Shown here piece by piece: positions 47,873-58,080 of a stretch of DNA of 64,000 bases. The notes under the pieces are model-generated. The model was not told the DNA's origin, did no database searches, and saw only the letters and a list, made by a program, of their open reading frames with translations. Both the position numbers and the translations under genes were made by a program. Positions within the stretch are counted from its first letter, which is position 1, and every line of letters starts with the position of its first letter. The stretch is from Candidatus Obscuribacteraceae bacterium (GTDB lineage: Bacteria; Cyanobacteriota; Vampirovibrionia; Obscuribacterales; Obscuribacteraceae), in assembly GCA_044229845.1 (NCBI GenBank), contig JBGASG010000001.1, positions 224,001-288,000 on the forward strand, written 5' to 3'.

Positions 47873-50800
47873 ATGGCAGGACTCGACGAAACGAAAAAAC
47901 CAAACCCTCTCCAGTCTGACCAGGCTGCAGCAGGAACTGACACCGGTAGCAATAAGCCTGCTCCCGGTATCAGCGCCTTGGATGCCTTTTCGGGCACACC
48001 GCAATCCAACCAGTTTGGTCTGGGCGCGGTAGGAAGCGGACGTCTTGCGGGGCCAGCCAGCGCGGCTGATATGTCTGCCCTTGGATTTGCCAAAGCCGGC
48101 GGACAGCAGATTGTCGATTTCGTCGCCAAAGACAAGAAGCTTGAAACTGGCATAGCTGCCGTCGATCTGGTCGGCAACACCGGTCTTGGCTTCATCAATA
48201 CCACCTTAAAAATGAACTCGGCAGCCGTCGAGCTCATTGCTGTACCCAGCAAACTTTCGACCACCGTCGAGGGATTGAAGCATCTGCCATCTGCTCTTCC
48301 CGGGATGCTGGCTGAAACAGGCAATAATCTCTGGAACGGCGACTGGGCCACCAAAGGTCAAACCTTAGGTAATACAGCCGCTTTTGTGACATTGACGTTC
48401 GGAGCTGTCGGCGGACCGAAATCGGGCGCTGCCGTTGAAGGCACTGCTGCTCGTTCTACCAGCTGGCTGTCGCGCGCCGGTTCGGGTTTGAAGAACTGGT
48501 GGCAGGGCGCTGATGAGGTGGCTGCTGCTTCCGCTGACGATCTGCTGGCATCGGCTATGAAGGCGCCCAGAGGCGGCTCGGTTGTTGAATTGCCAGGCGG
48601 AGCCACCCGACCGTTGGCTACCGACCTGCCGATTCCGGTTGTGCGTGAGCCGGTGGTGCCGAAGATCGGTGAACCTGGTTATGTGCCGAAGGTCGGTGAG
48701 CCTGGTTATGTAGCGCCGAAAGTCGGCGAGCCCGGTTATGTCGAACCGACTACTCCTGTCGGCCCGGCTACCCGGTTGCATGGACCGGCCGGCGAAGGTC
48801 CGGTCGTGAATGTACCTAATAGAGGTTTGGGAACGCTTCCCGAAAACGCAGTAGTTGCTCCACTGCAAGATGCAGCTGCAACCACTGTCAGCACTGTTGT
48901 TCGCGACATCGGCGAAGTGGCGCCGCGCATGTCTCGCCTTGGCGACGACCTGGGCACGCTTGGTTTGAAGGGCGAAGAAGTTGCCGCGTTGCAGCGTCAG
49001 ATCACCGCGTTCGCCAAAGGCGAAGTAGAAAGCGGGGCAGTCGAAGCCGCCGTGCAGGGATTGCGCAGCAAAGTCGGCTCCTCAATGGCCGGCAAGTTCG
49101 ACGAAATCGTCAATAACGCCGTTAAAGATGTAGGCGATTTCCGTGCTGCGCAGATTGCCGCCAAGACAAATCCGGCAGGCGTCGATGCACTGGTCGGCAC
49201 GACCGGCACTAGAGTCACCGGTGGCTCTGTGGTCGACGAAGCTGCCGTGGCTGGCGCCACTCAAGACGTAGCAACAACAATCTCACGTGTTGAGCAAGCA
49301 GCTGCCAAGGCTCCTGCTACCGAAGTCAATGCTCTCAAGACGACCATCGATGATTTCGCGAAGGGGACTGCCACCGCTGAAAAACTCGATCAAGCCGTGA
49401 CTGCGGTTCGTCGCACTTTGTCCGGCGATGACCTGGCAGCGTTCGATACGCAAATGGCCAATGCTCGCCGCGCCGCCGAAGCCGCACAACAAGCTCGCGG
49501 TATCGCCAGCGTCCGCCCGGTCGAAGTTGCACCGGTCGAAGTGGCGCCACCACTGAAGCCTGTAGAAACAGCCACGGTCAAAGTCACTGAAACATCCACC
49601 GAAGCCGCAACCGCCCTGCGCAATGTCGAATCGACAGCTGCGAAGGCTGGCGAAGCGGAAGTCGCGGCGTTGCGCAATACATTTGAAGATGTGGTCAACG
49701 GGAAGGCCGGTCTCAACAAGCTTGATGAAGCAGCTGCTGCAGTCAAAGCCAAGCTGCCGACCAACGATGTTGCCGCCTTCGAAGCCGAAATGGCCAAGGC
49801 TCGTCAGGCGGCGCAAACCGCTCAGGAAGCCAGAGGCGCTCTGCAGACGCTGGACAATGCTGCTCCGGCAGTCGCCAAACCATTCAAAGTCGCCGATGTG
49901 GCGCCTACGCCGGTAGAAACAGCTACCGTCAACGTCAGTCGTACCACCACCGAAGCAACCACTTCGCTGCGCAACGTTGAATCCGCTGCGGCCAAAGCCC
50001 TCGACGAAGCAGCTGCTGCAGTCAAAGCCAAGTTGCCGACCAACGACGTGGCTGCCTTCGAAGCCGAAATGGCAAAAGCACGTCAGGCTGCGCAGGCCGC
50101 TCAGGAAGCCAGAGGCGCTCTGCAATCGCTGGACAATGCCGCGCCGGCAGTCAGCAAGCCATTTAGACTGGCGGACGAGCCGGTAGTGCCGCGCGATACA
50201 GCTCCGGTCGTCAGAGAGCCCGCCGTCAAAGAACCGGTCGTTAAAGAACCGTCTGCGACTCCGGCCGAAGCTACTTCTAGAGCGCAAACCAGCATCCGCG
50301 AAGCCGAGGATGTCGTTAAGAAGTCTCTTGGCGAAGCTGATGCCGTCAAGTTGCGCACTGAATTCGACAACATGATGTCGGGCAAACCCAACAAGTTTGC
50401 CGAGACCGTTGAAGATATCCAGGCGAGACTGCGCGCTGCTTCCAAGGCCGACGACCTGGCCGCTGTTACGCGCAACACTGAAAACGCCGCAGCCGAAGCT
50501 GCCCGCGCCAGAACTCTGGCGGGCGAACCGGTCGTCGCGCCGCCCAAGGTTACCGAAGCCGGACCGCCTAAGGTTACCGAAGCCGGACCGCCCAAGGGCA
50601 CCACAGGCGATGGCGTCGTGCCGCCCAAGGAAGCTCCGACACCGGTGCAAGCCAAGCAATCGTTCACCGATTCGGCGGGCTCGCTGAAAGACGACCTGGC
50701 CGGCGTCACCTCGCGCACTTCCACCAAAGCTCAGCAAGCTCTGGATAAGTTTGCCGACCTGACCAATCCGACTGTCAAAGATGTTGCCGCTCTCGAGCGC

Positions 50801-52543
50801 GCACTGGGCAAAGTTTCGGACGTCTCTCCGGAAATTGCTGCCAAAGTGCAACAAGCTCTGGCCGATGCGCGCACTGTTGCTGCCGCGACTGCCGTAGAAA
50901 GAGCCGCAGCCCTGACCAGAGCGACCGAGGAAGCCGCTGCCGTCACATCCGCCATTACACCAAAAGGTGGCACGGCCGCTACTACCGATGCCGCCGCCGC
51001 CACAAATGTCGCCGGCAAGACAACCGATGCCGCCGCCGGCACTGGTGCCAAGCTGGCACAAGCTGAAGCCAACCTCGCGAAAGCCTGGGAAAACTTCCAC
51101 AACACCACGGTGCCCGCACTGGTGCAAGCGCTCAAGGCTCCGCTCGAGCGCATGGGTCTTACCGGCGAAGAACTGGCGACCAAGCTCTCCAGCATCAAAC
51201 AAATCGAAGAACTGGCCAGAAAAGCCGGCAGCGCTGATGTCACCGGCGGACTGGCGACTAAATGGGCTGATACTCAGTTCATGGGCGCCTTGAAAAACCG
51301 CCTGGAGATGTACAGGGCATCTATCTCCGGATCGGCAACGGCCGGCGAGTTGGACGTCATCGACCGGGCGATCGCCTCGCTGCAAAATTCGCAGCGTGCA
51401 CTGTCCGGTGCTCGCTCCGGTGTCCTTTCAGACATGACCTGGCTGCAGCAAATCGGTCGTTCGTTCAGCGATCACCCGTTCTACAACGCCTGGCGCACCA
51501 GCTTCCTGATCAACGCGCCGCTGCGTATTCTTTACGATGCCGGCAAATATCATCAGGATCAAGAAGCTGCCAAAGATGCTAAGAATGGCACCACCAATGG
51601 TGGCGCTGCTGCTGCTGCCATAGTTGGTGCAGGCGCCGGCGCGACGGTCGGTGTCAAACCCGGCGACGCGAAAGCCGGCAATGGTAACGACGGACAGCAA
51701 GGCGTTCAGCCTGCTAATCAGGGCACTGGTGAGAAGAAAGTCGAAGTGCTGCCGAGGCAGACTGGCGACGGCACGGTCGAGCGCACCAGCATGACTCTGC
51801 CTGGAACCAGCGACCAGCTGAAGACCACACAGATCAGCCACAGCGGCGAGCCGACGATTGTTGCCGGTGGTCCGTTCCGTGTCAACGCCGCTGAACCGTT
51901 GGACAATTACTCGCAGATGATCCTGCGCAATGCTCAGCGCTTCGGACTCTCAACACCGTTTGCTCCGCGCGGTTATGTGGCCCCGCCGGTCGAAGAAGCT
52001 CGTGTTGTCATGCCGTTCGCCAACCGAGCCAAGTTTGCCGGTATCGAAAGCGGTTCCGCTGATTTCGCCAAGACCTCTTACACACCATTTGTCGCCGCCG
52101 GCAAGTCGCTGCTCTCACTCGATGCAGTGCGTGTCATGAGCGCCAATCCAGCCATGGCTCTGGGCACCGACAGCAAGGGACGCACACTGTTGACGCCCAC
52201 CTCCACCGACCCGATCAGCGCTCTCAACGCTCGCGGTCTGGTGTTCGCCACCGCCGGTCTGGGTGGTGAAGGCAAGCTGATCGATTCCAAACAAAGAGAA
52301 GCCATGCGCAAGGTCAACACCGATCGTCGCACCAGAGGCGGCGGCGCAGTGGCCGGTCAACAAGGCATTCAGTTCACGGCCGTAGCGGCGCCTCCTGGAG
52401 CGCAGTTGACCACCGGCACGGGCACCAATGATCCGTCCAACAACGACGAAGACAACAACGGGGTCGCACAGACCACTACTGTCGCTCAAACCAATAAGGG
52501 CGCCGATCCGGATGACTCCGGCATCAACCTGACGACAGTCTAA
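47873..52543 (+). CDS. Large Ala/Thr/Pro-rich repeat protein of unknown function
   Basis: Uninterrupted 1556-codon ORF with internal repeats; no signal peptide or known catalytic motif recognised. Confidence 0.8.
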   Translation: MAGLDETKKPNPLQSDQAAAGTDTGSNKPAPGISALDAFSGTPQSNQFGLGAVGSGRLAGPASAADMSALGFAKAGGQQIVDFVAKDKKLETGIAAVDLVGNTGLGFINTTLKMNSAAVELIAVPSKLSTTVEGLKHLPSALPGMLAETGNNLWNGDWATKGQTLGNTAAFVTLTFGAVGGPKSGAAVEGTAARSTSWLSRAGSGLKNWWQGADEVAAASADDLLASAMKAPRGGSVVELPGGATRPLATDLPIPVVREPVVPKIGEPGYVPKVGEPGYVAPKVGEPGYVEPTTPVGPATRLHGPAGEGPVVNVPNRGLGTLPENAVVAPLQDAAATTVSTVVRDIGEVAPRMSRLGDDLGTLGLKGEEVAALQRQITAFAKGEVESGAVEAAVQGLRSKVGSSMAGKFDEIVNNAVKDVGDFRAAQIAAKTNPAGVDALVGTTGTRVTGGSVVDEAAVAGATQDVATTISRVEQAAAKAPATEVNALKTTIDDFAKGTATAEKLDQAVTAVRRTLSGDDLAAFDTQMANARRAAEAAQQARGIASVRPVEVAPVEVAPPLKPVETATVKVTETSTEAATALRNVESTAAKAGEAEVAALRNTFEDVVNGKAGLNKLDEAAAAVKAKLPTNDVAAFEAEMAKARQAAQTAQEARGALQTLDNAAPAVAKPFKVADVAPTPVETATVNVSRTTTEATTSLRNVESAAAKALDEAAAAVKAKLPTNDVAAFEAEMAKARQAAQAAQEARGALQSLDNAAPAVSKPFRLADEPVVPRDTAPVVREPAVKEPVVKEPSATPAEATSRAQTSIREAEDVVKKSLGEADAVKLRTEFDNMMSGKPNKFAETVEDIQARLRAASKADDLAAVTRNTENAAAEAARARTLAGEPVVAPPKVTEAGPPKVTEAGPPKGTTGDGVVPPKEAPTPVQAKQSFTDSAGSLKDDLAGVTSRTSTKAQQALDKFADLTNPTVKDVAALERALGKVSDVSPEIAAKVQQALADARTVAAATAVERAAALTRATEEAAAVTSAITPKGGTAATTDAAAATNVAGKTTDAAAGTGAKLAQAEANLAKAWENFHNTTVPALVQALKAPLERMGLTGEELATKLSSIKQIEELARKAGSADVTGGLATKWADTQFMGALKNRLEMYRASISGSATAGELDVIDRAIASLQNSQRALSGARSGVLSDMTWLQQIGRSFSDHPFYNAWRTSFLINAPLRILYDAGKYHQDQEAAKDAKNGTTNGGAAAAAIVGAGAGATVGVKPGDAKAGNGNDGQQGVQPANQGTGEKKVEVLPRQTGDGTVERTSMTLPGTSDQLKTTQISHSGEPTIVAGGPFRVNAAEPLDNYSQMILRNAQRFGLSTPFAPRGYVAPPVEEARVVMPFANRAKFAGIESGSADFAKTSYTPFVAAGKSLLSLDAVRVMSANPAMALGTDSKGRTLLTPTSTDPISALNARGLVFATAGLGGEGKLIDSKQREAMRKVNTDRRTRGGGAVAGQQGIQFTAVAAPPGAQLTTGTGTNDPSNNDEDNNGVAQTTTVAQTNKGADPDDSGINLTTV
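48659..48742 (+). repeat. Coding repeat PK(I/V)GEPGYV x3
   Basis: Three units visible in DNA and protein, with synonymous differences between them. Confidence 0.9.
49559..50165 (+). repeat. Intragenic duplication of a helical module (two close copies)
   Basis: PVETATV...LRNVES...LDEAAAAVKAKLPTNDVAAFEAEMAKARQAAQxAQEARGALQxLDNAAPAVxKPF occurs twice. Confidence 0.9.
50540..50598 (+). repeat. 24-bp coding repeat PPKVTEAG x2 + PPK
   Basis: ccgcc(c/t)aaggttaccgaagccgga repeated. Confidence 0.9.
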
Positions 52544-52573
52544 CTAACCAATGCGTGACCTGAATGCTGTCTG

Positions 52574-53836
52574 TTATGCGAACTGACGCATGACGAGCAC
52601 GGTGTTGTGACCGCCGAAGCCCAGCGCTTCCACCATGGCGTGTTTGACTGCGGCTTCGCGTGAGACGTTGGGCACGTAGTCGAGATCGCATTTGGGGTCT
52701 GGATTGATGTAGTTGATCGTCGGGTGAATCCGCTGTTCTTTGAGGGTCATTGCGGCAGCGGCGGCGCCGATAGATCCAGCGGCACCGAGCATGTGTCCGA
52801 CCATGGACTTGGTGCTGGAGATGGCCAGCTTGTAGGCGTGGTCACCGAACACAGTTTTGATGGCCAGCGTTTCACGCTCGTCATTGAGCGGTGTAGAGGT
52901 GCCGTGGGCATTGATGTAGTCGATATCGCTGGGTTTGATTTGCGCGTCATCCAGCGCCTCACGGATGGCTCTGGCAGCGCCTGCGCCGTACTCATCAGGG
53001 GCGACAATGTGATTGGCATCGCAGGAGGCGCCACCACCAATCACTTCACTGTAGATCGGGGCGTTACGACGTAACGCATGCTCGAGTTCTTCCAAAATCA
53101 TGATTACCGAGCCCTCGCCAATCACAAATCCATCGCGATCGGCATTGAAGGGGCGACTGGCCGTGGTTGGATCGTCGTTGCGCTTCGAGAGCGCCATCAT
53201 ATTGCCGAAGGAAGCCACTGCGAATGGGTTTAGCGAAGCTTCGGTGCCGCCGGCAATCATGACGTCGGAGCGACCGTGCTTGATGTACATGTAGGCATCG
53301 AACAGCGAATCGAGACCGCTGGCGCAGGCAGTGGCATCGCTCTTGGCCCGTCCCTTGGCGCCGAAGTTGATAGCTACCTGCCCGGAGGGCGCGTTGGGCA
53401 TCAGACGGATAATCGAGCGCAGACCGATTTTCTTGGGTCCGCCTTCCATGAGCTTTAGCTGATCGGCGGTGGTTGTGATCAAGCCACCAACACCGGTGCC
53501 GATGAAAGTGCCGACACGTTCGGGCACTGTCTCGCGCACATCGAGCGCTGCGTCTTCCAGTGCCAGCTTGGCGGCCGCCATGGCAAACAAAGTCACCCGG
53601 TCCATCTCTTTGAGCATGGAGCCGACCTTGCGCTTGTCGGGATAGAAATTGGCAATATCGAAATCTTTTACTTCAGCCGCAATTTGAGTCTCGAGACCGA
53701 TTGCATCCGCGTCGAAGTGCGTAATGCGACCAACTCCGCTTTTGCCTTCCAAAAGCGCCTGCCACGTATCTTCGCGGCCAATGCCGATGGGACTGACAAT
53801 ACCGATGCCGGTTACAACAACTCGCCTGTTATTCAT
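52574..53836 (-). CDS. fabF: 3-oxoacyl-ACP synthase II
   Basis: RRVVVTGIG, TACASG, YINAHGTST, STKSMVGHMLGAAG and GFGGHN. Confidence 0.93.
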   Translation of the reverse strand: MNNRRVVVTGIGIVSPIGIGREDTWQALLEGKSGVGRITHFDADAIGLETQIAAEVKDFDIANFYPDKRKVGSMLKEMDRVTLFAMAAAKLALEDAALDVRETVPERVGTFIGTGVGGLITTTADQLKLMEGGPKKIGLRSIIRLMPNAPSGQVAINFGAKGRAKSDATACASGLDSLFDAYMYIKHGRSDVMIAGGTEASLNPFAVASFGNMMALSKRNDDPTTASRPFNADRDGFVIGEGSVIMILEELEHALRRNAPIYSEVIGGGASCDANHIVAPDEYGAGAARAIREALDDAQIKPSDIDYINAHGTSTPLNDERETLAIKTVFGDHAYKLAISSTKSMVGHMLGAAGSIGAAAAAMTLKEQRIHPTINYINPDPKCDLDYVPNVSREAAVKHAMVEALGFGGHNTVLVMRQFA

Positions 53837-54135
53837 CAAAAAAGACTTCTCGTTCCGTTTAAACGCTAGATATTCTAACTTGCTAAAGCAGAGAGTTGCT
53901 CTACTTAAGCAGTCCGCAGCCGCATGATAAACCATCTGGGCAGCCCAACGCTAGCATCTACAGCCATTCTTAGCGATGTATCGCAGTAATACGCAATCAG
54001 GCCGTCTCGGGCTTATGTCTCGCATAGCTGAACTGTTCCTAATTTAGTGCTTTGTCGACATCTGTTCGGTTGACAAGAATTGAGCGGCGAATGCAGAACG
54101 CGTTGCTGCGCGTGGTTATCAAGCACCGTCGTGGC

Positions 54136-54693
54136 TCAATAGCCACCACTGACGATGCCTGGCTCGTAAGAGGCCCAACCGCCCAAGTCGTCATCATCGC
54201 AACTGGTCAGTTCGTCGTCGCAACAAATCATTGCGGCATCGCTCTCAGCGCTGCCGCTGTACAGGAGATGAGAAGCTGCGGCACCCGGTGGCAGCAGCAG
54301 GTTGGAATTTTCTTCGCGCACATTTCTGCTGAAGGCCACCTGCAATTCATGACGCACCTGGCGGTAATCCGGCTCGAACCGGCCGACGATGTCCCAAAAT
54401 CGATGATTATGGCTGGGTTCTATTACGTGAGTCAGCTCATGAATGACGAGATACCTTCTGCCTCTTTCCGGAACTTTCTCCACGGCAAATCGGCTGAATG
54501 TGATAATTCGCGATTTCAAATTTATCTGGGCCAAGCGGGTGTATCTGGCGCTGCCGATGCGGACGCCGCCTATATCTACATTGAGGGTCGATTCGTTGAT
54601 GCGGCGTACATATCCAGCCATGAATGCTTGATAGACATTGGCACCCTTCGATGCGGACAATGGTGACTCCTGACGAACCGCTCTGTACGCCAA
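54136..54693 (-). CDS. YgjP/DUF45-like zinc metallopeptidase (short form)
   Basis: YLVIHELTHVIEPSHNHRFWDIVGRFEPDY. Confidence 0.75.
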   Translation of the reverse strand: MAYRAVRQESPLSASKGANVYQAFMAGYVRRINESTLNVDIGGVRIGSARYTRLAQINLKSRIITFSRFAVEKVPERGRRYLVIHELTHVIEPSHNHRFWDIVGRFEPDYRQVRHELQVAFSRNVREENSNLLLPPGAAASHLLYSGSAESDAAMICCDDELTSCDDDDLGGWASYEPGIVSGGY

Positions 54694-54745
54694 TCATCAG
54701 CTCTTGATATGTTTTTCTCAAGCGCAGCGGGAGTAAAATTTTGCC

Positions 54746-55315
54746 ATGCAAAACCTGACTTTGATCACGGGCGGCGCCCGGTCCGGAAAGTCGACGCTGG
54801 CGGAAAAGCTGGGGCGCGAGGCTAGCTCGCCTGTCTACTATTTTGCCACCATGCATGAGCGCCCCAACGATGCTGAGCAATGTCGGCGCATTGAGCGACA
54901 CCAGGCGAATAGACCTGCTGTCTGGCAGACGGTCGTCATCAATGCCGGACTTACCGCCGCCATCGATGCGCTGCCGAAGCAGAATGTTCTGGTGATTGTC
55001 GACTGTCTGTCGCTGTACGTGGCTGATTTCTTGATGCGCCAGTTGGGTGAAGGCGCGCGGGGCGAACAGGTCTACGAAGGTGAAGATCCGCTCATGGATA
55101 CGCTGAGGAAAGACTTGCTGGCTATGGAACACAGCGCGCACGCGCAGTTTATTGTCGTGACCAATGAAGTCGGCTCGGGAGTGGTGCCCGAACATGTTCT
55201 CGGTCGCGCTTATCGCGACTTGCTCGGTGCCGCTAATCAGCTTTTTGCAGCCCACGCGCAAACTGTATATATGATGTGCGTCGGCATTCCTGTTCGCATC
55301 AAGCCGGTATCCTGA
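54746..55315 (+). CDS. cobU: Adenosylcobinamide kinase / cobinamide-phosphate guanylyltransferase
   Basis: GGARSGKS, RIERHQ, VDCLS, VTNEVGSG and RDLLG..NQ. Confidence 0.92.
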   Translation: MQNLTLITGGARSGKSTLAEKLGREASSPVYYFATMHERPNDAEQCRRIERHQANRPAVWQTVVINAGLTAAIDALPKQNVLVIVDCLSLYVADFLMRQLGEGARGEQVYEGEDPLMDTLRKDLLAMEHSAHAQFIVVTNEVGSGVVPEHVLGRAYRDLLGAANQLFAAHAQTVYMMCVGIPVRIKPVS

Positions 55316-55338
55316 CTGTAACTAGCAGGCGTGGCGGT

Positions 55339-56421
55339 CTATAACGGCCAGGTTCTCAAAACTTGTGACAGCATCGCATCGGCCGGAGTCTGCGCGGTGT
55401 TGCTGACTCCCGACGCCGTGAGCCTGGTGAGCAGCGCTTTGCGCTGGGTTTCATCAGCGCCTGCCCAGAGCACCTTGAATTTTGCCCAGCCAATCGGGAA
55501 GTTGGTCATCGCCTGGCGATCGGCATCGGACGGCGCATCTTTGTACTTCTGCATGATCACATTGGAAAACAGAGCGCGATTCTCCATGGCGTCTATAGTT
55601 TTACCGGGATTTTTCTGCTCGTACAGGAAGCAAGCCATGTCTGCGTAGGCGTCGACTGCATCTTCTGTGAGTGGCGGTGTGCCGGGCACGGCAATGCGAG
55701 TCGGACCTAACAATTCGCCAATCAATTCGGTCTCCGGAGCGCCACCACCGGCGGTGGTGCTACCGGGTCTGGTGCGCATGCGCAGCAAGGAATAGATCAA
55801 TTGCGAGTAATTCTCTTGCTGGTCCGGATTCTTTTCCAGATATTTACGCAAAGCAGGCCAGAAGCCCATGATCGCGGTCGCTCGTGGATCTTTTTTCTCC
55901 AGCAATGCGCCATAAAATTCTTTGATGCGCACGATTTGATCGTCGCTCAGCTGCCCGGGAGTGGCCGCTTCGTACATCTCCAGCCAGGCAATCAGAATAC
56001 CCTGGCGTCGCTCGCGTTCGGGGTTGGCGTAAATAGAGCGCTGTCCGTCGACAGTCATCGGCGGTGGCAAGGGCGTTTCCGAGCTGCCTGGCAGTTTGTG
56101 CGGAACCGCCGTGCTGGCAGACGCTGGAGGCGCGGACTTAGACGGCACAAGCGGAGCTCTGACGACGGGCTTGGCCGGCGCGGTTGATTTGACGGCTGGA
56201 GCATTCAGAGACCGAGCCGGCGCGGCGCGCAGTTCGTCCTGTTTCTTAACGGGCGTTGCCGCTGCCGGGCTCTTGTGAGTCGGCACGGATTGAGCATTGT
56301 CGCTTGATTCTGCCGGTACACTTTCGTAGCCCCAATCGGCACTCGCGGCTGGGTTCCCTCCGGCGACAAGAGCCAGCGCCCCATATATGGTGGCTGTCCG
56401 TTGCATAGATTTTTTGCTCAT
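55339..56421 (-). CDS. Secreted hypothetical protein
   Basis: Signal peptide ending PAASA, Pro/Ala linker and a helical C-terminal domain. Confidence 0.65.
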   Translation of the reverse strand: MSKKSMQRTATIYGALALVAGGNPAASADWGYESVPAESSDNAQSVPTHKSPAAATPVKKQDELRAAPARSLNAPAVKSTAPAKPVVRAPLVPSKSAPPASASTAVPHKLPGSSETPLPPPMTVDGQRSIYANPERERRQGILIAWLEMYEAATPGQLSDDQIVRIKEFYGALLEKKDPRATAIMGFWPALRKYLEKNPDQQENYSQLIYSLLRMRTRPGSTTAGGGAPETELIGELLGPTRIAVPGTPPLTEDAVDAYADMACFLYEQKNPGKTIDAMENRALFSNVIMQKYKDAPSDADRQAMTNFPIGWAKFKVLWAGADETQRKALLTRLTASGVSNTAQTPADAMLSQVLRTWPL

Positions 56422-56619
56422 GTCCAAGCTTTCTCACGGCAACTAACGCAGACAATCGAGAATAACCGAAGTTTCTTGTTACGGGAAGCAGGCGTCTGAG
56501 CCGCGGGGGACGTAACCGCGCTGGACCTTGTGATACAGGGCTTTTTATAAGATGAATACTTGCCAAGCGTATGGTAATATCGGGCAATAGACCCATTTTT
56601 ACAGGCATTTCGGTTATCT

Positions 56620-57192
56620 ATGGCTAAGCTTCAACTCCAGTATTACCCGGCAGAAGTCCTGCGCGCTCAGGCAAAGAAAATCACGCGCGTTGACTCATCG
56701 GTGCGCCGTCTGGCGCAGGATATGCTGGACACCATGTATGCCAACAACGGCGTCGGACTGGCAGCGCCGCAAGTCGGACACTCCAAGCGCATGATGGTTA
56801 TCGATGTGGCGGGAGAAGATGAAGGACGCAAACCTATCGTTTTCATTAACCCTGAGATTGTGAAGGCCGAGGGCGAAATGACCGGTACCGAAGGCTGCTT
56901 GAGTTTTCCAAATGTGTTCTTTGAAGTGAAGCGATTCTCAAATATCACGGTCAAATATCAGAACCTGTCCGGCAAGGAAGTGAAACTGACCGCTGAAAAC
57001 AACCTGCTCTGTCGCGCTATCCAACACGAGCTTGACCACCTGGATGGCAAATTGTTTATCGACAAACCCCTGAACAAACTGGCAGCCGATCTGGAATTGT
57101 CCAAGAACGGCTTCCTGGGCGAGCCGGTCGACGTCGGTGCCGTCATCAAGGCTCCACCTGTCAATCACGGCGAGAAGACGTTAATCGGCTAG
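56620..57192 (+). CDS. def: Peptide deformylase
   Basis: GVGLAAPQVG, EGCLS and QHELDHLDG. Confidence 0.95.
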   Translation: MAKLQLQYYPAEVLRAQAKKITRVDSSVRRLAQDMLDTMYANNGVGLAAPQVGHSKRMMVIDVAGEDEGRKPIVFINPEIVKAEGEMTGTEGCLSFPNVFFEVKRFSNITVKYQNLSGKEVKLTAENNLLCRAIQHELDHLDGKLFIDKPLNKLAADLELSKNGFLGEPVDVGAVIKAPPVNHGEKTLIG

Positions 57193-57221
57193 CGGCTGAA
57201 CCAGGCAATTGCGAGGGTGTC

Positions 57222-57620
57222 GTGAAAATCGGCTTGAAGGCATTCCCCGGCGGGTTGTGGCATCTGAGCAAAGGCTTGCTGAGAGTGGTGTTGCTGCGAC
57301 CGCGCACTTACTATCACGCCTACTTTCAGCGTCAAAAGCTTGATTGGCACCCGGCGGCGGCCGACAACGGGCGACCGCGCACGTGTCCGATGTGCGGTTA
57401 TGTCAAAATCAAAGTTGTCTTGCCGGCCGGTTGGTCGGTCGAGATGTGTTCGGCGCTGCCGCGTTTTACTGACATGGAAGCTCTGAACGCCAGCCTGGTG
57501 GGCTACCAGAAAGCGGCCGCAGAATTGCCAACGGCTGCGCAAAGCTCCTATACTGTCACTGATGAGCAACGAAACTTATCCGCACAAACAAAGCAACCCC
57601 AGCAGCAGACGCGCTGCTGA
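57222..57620 (+). CDS. Possible hypothetical protein (CxxC)
   Basis: Only co-directional ORF filling the def-rapZ gap, with GAGGG upstream; overlaps the next ORF by 59 bp. Confidence 0.35.
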   Translation: MKIGLKAFPGGLWHLSKGLLRVVLLRPRTYYHAYFQRQKLDWHPAAADNGRPRTCPMCGYVKIKVVLPAGWSVEMCSALPRFTDMEALNASLVGYQKAAAELPTAAQSSYTVTDEQRNLSAQTKQPQQQTRC

Positions 57621-58080
57621 ATCCCCGGATGGGGATGGCAATGGGGACGGCGACAATGCTCCGCAAACGGTGCATGTCAAAGTGATGTCTTTCGGCTATA
57701 AGCAAGGTTTGCCGCCGGCCGCCAACATCATCTTCGATGTGCGATTTTTGAAAAATCCGTACTGGGTGGATGAGCTGAGACCGCTGAACGGCATGCGCGA
57801 TGTGCAGGTTCAGGATTACGTGATGAATCAGGACACTGCCATCGAGTTTCTCAATTCAGTAACAGAGCTCCTGGCAAACTTGTTGCCACGCCTGCCCGAG
57901 CTGAAGGTAAATGAATTCACGATTGCCTTCGGATGCACGGGTGGTCAGCATCGCTCTGCCACCATGTGCGAAAAACTGGCGGCGCGGCTTTGCGAGCGGT
58001 TTCCGAATTACAAAATCGAGCGAGAGCACCGGGAGCTGGTAAACCGCGTGTCGTCCACAACTGTGTTGGAAGATAGATGA
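57562..58080 (+). CDS. Stand-alone RapZ/YvcJ C-terminal domain protein
   Basis: SFGYKQG, FDVRFLKNPYW and IAFGCTGGQHRS...HRE; no N-terminal P-loop. The start is uncertain (alternative GTG 57670). Confidence 0.8.
   Translation: MSNETYPHKQSNPSSRRAAESPDGDGNGDGDNAPQTVHVKVMSFGYKQGLPPAANIIFDVRFLKNPYWVDELRPLNGMRDVQVQDYVMNQDTAIEFLNSVTELLANLLPRLPELKVNEFTIAFGCTGGQHRSATMCEKLAARLCERFPNYKIEREHRELVNRVSSTTVLEDR

Noticed and set aside
49283..51385. 700-aa minus-strand ORF
   Set aside because: It is the antisense shadow of the 1556-aa gene and has no recognisable motifs.
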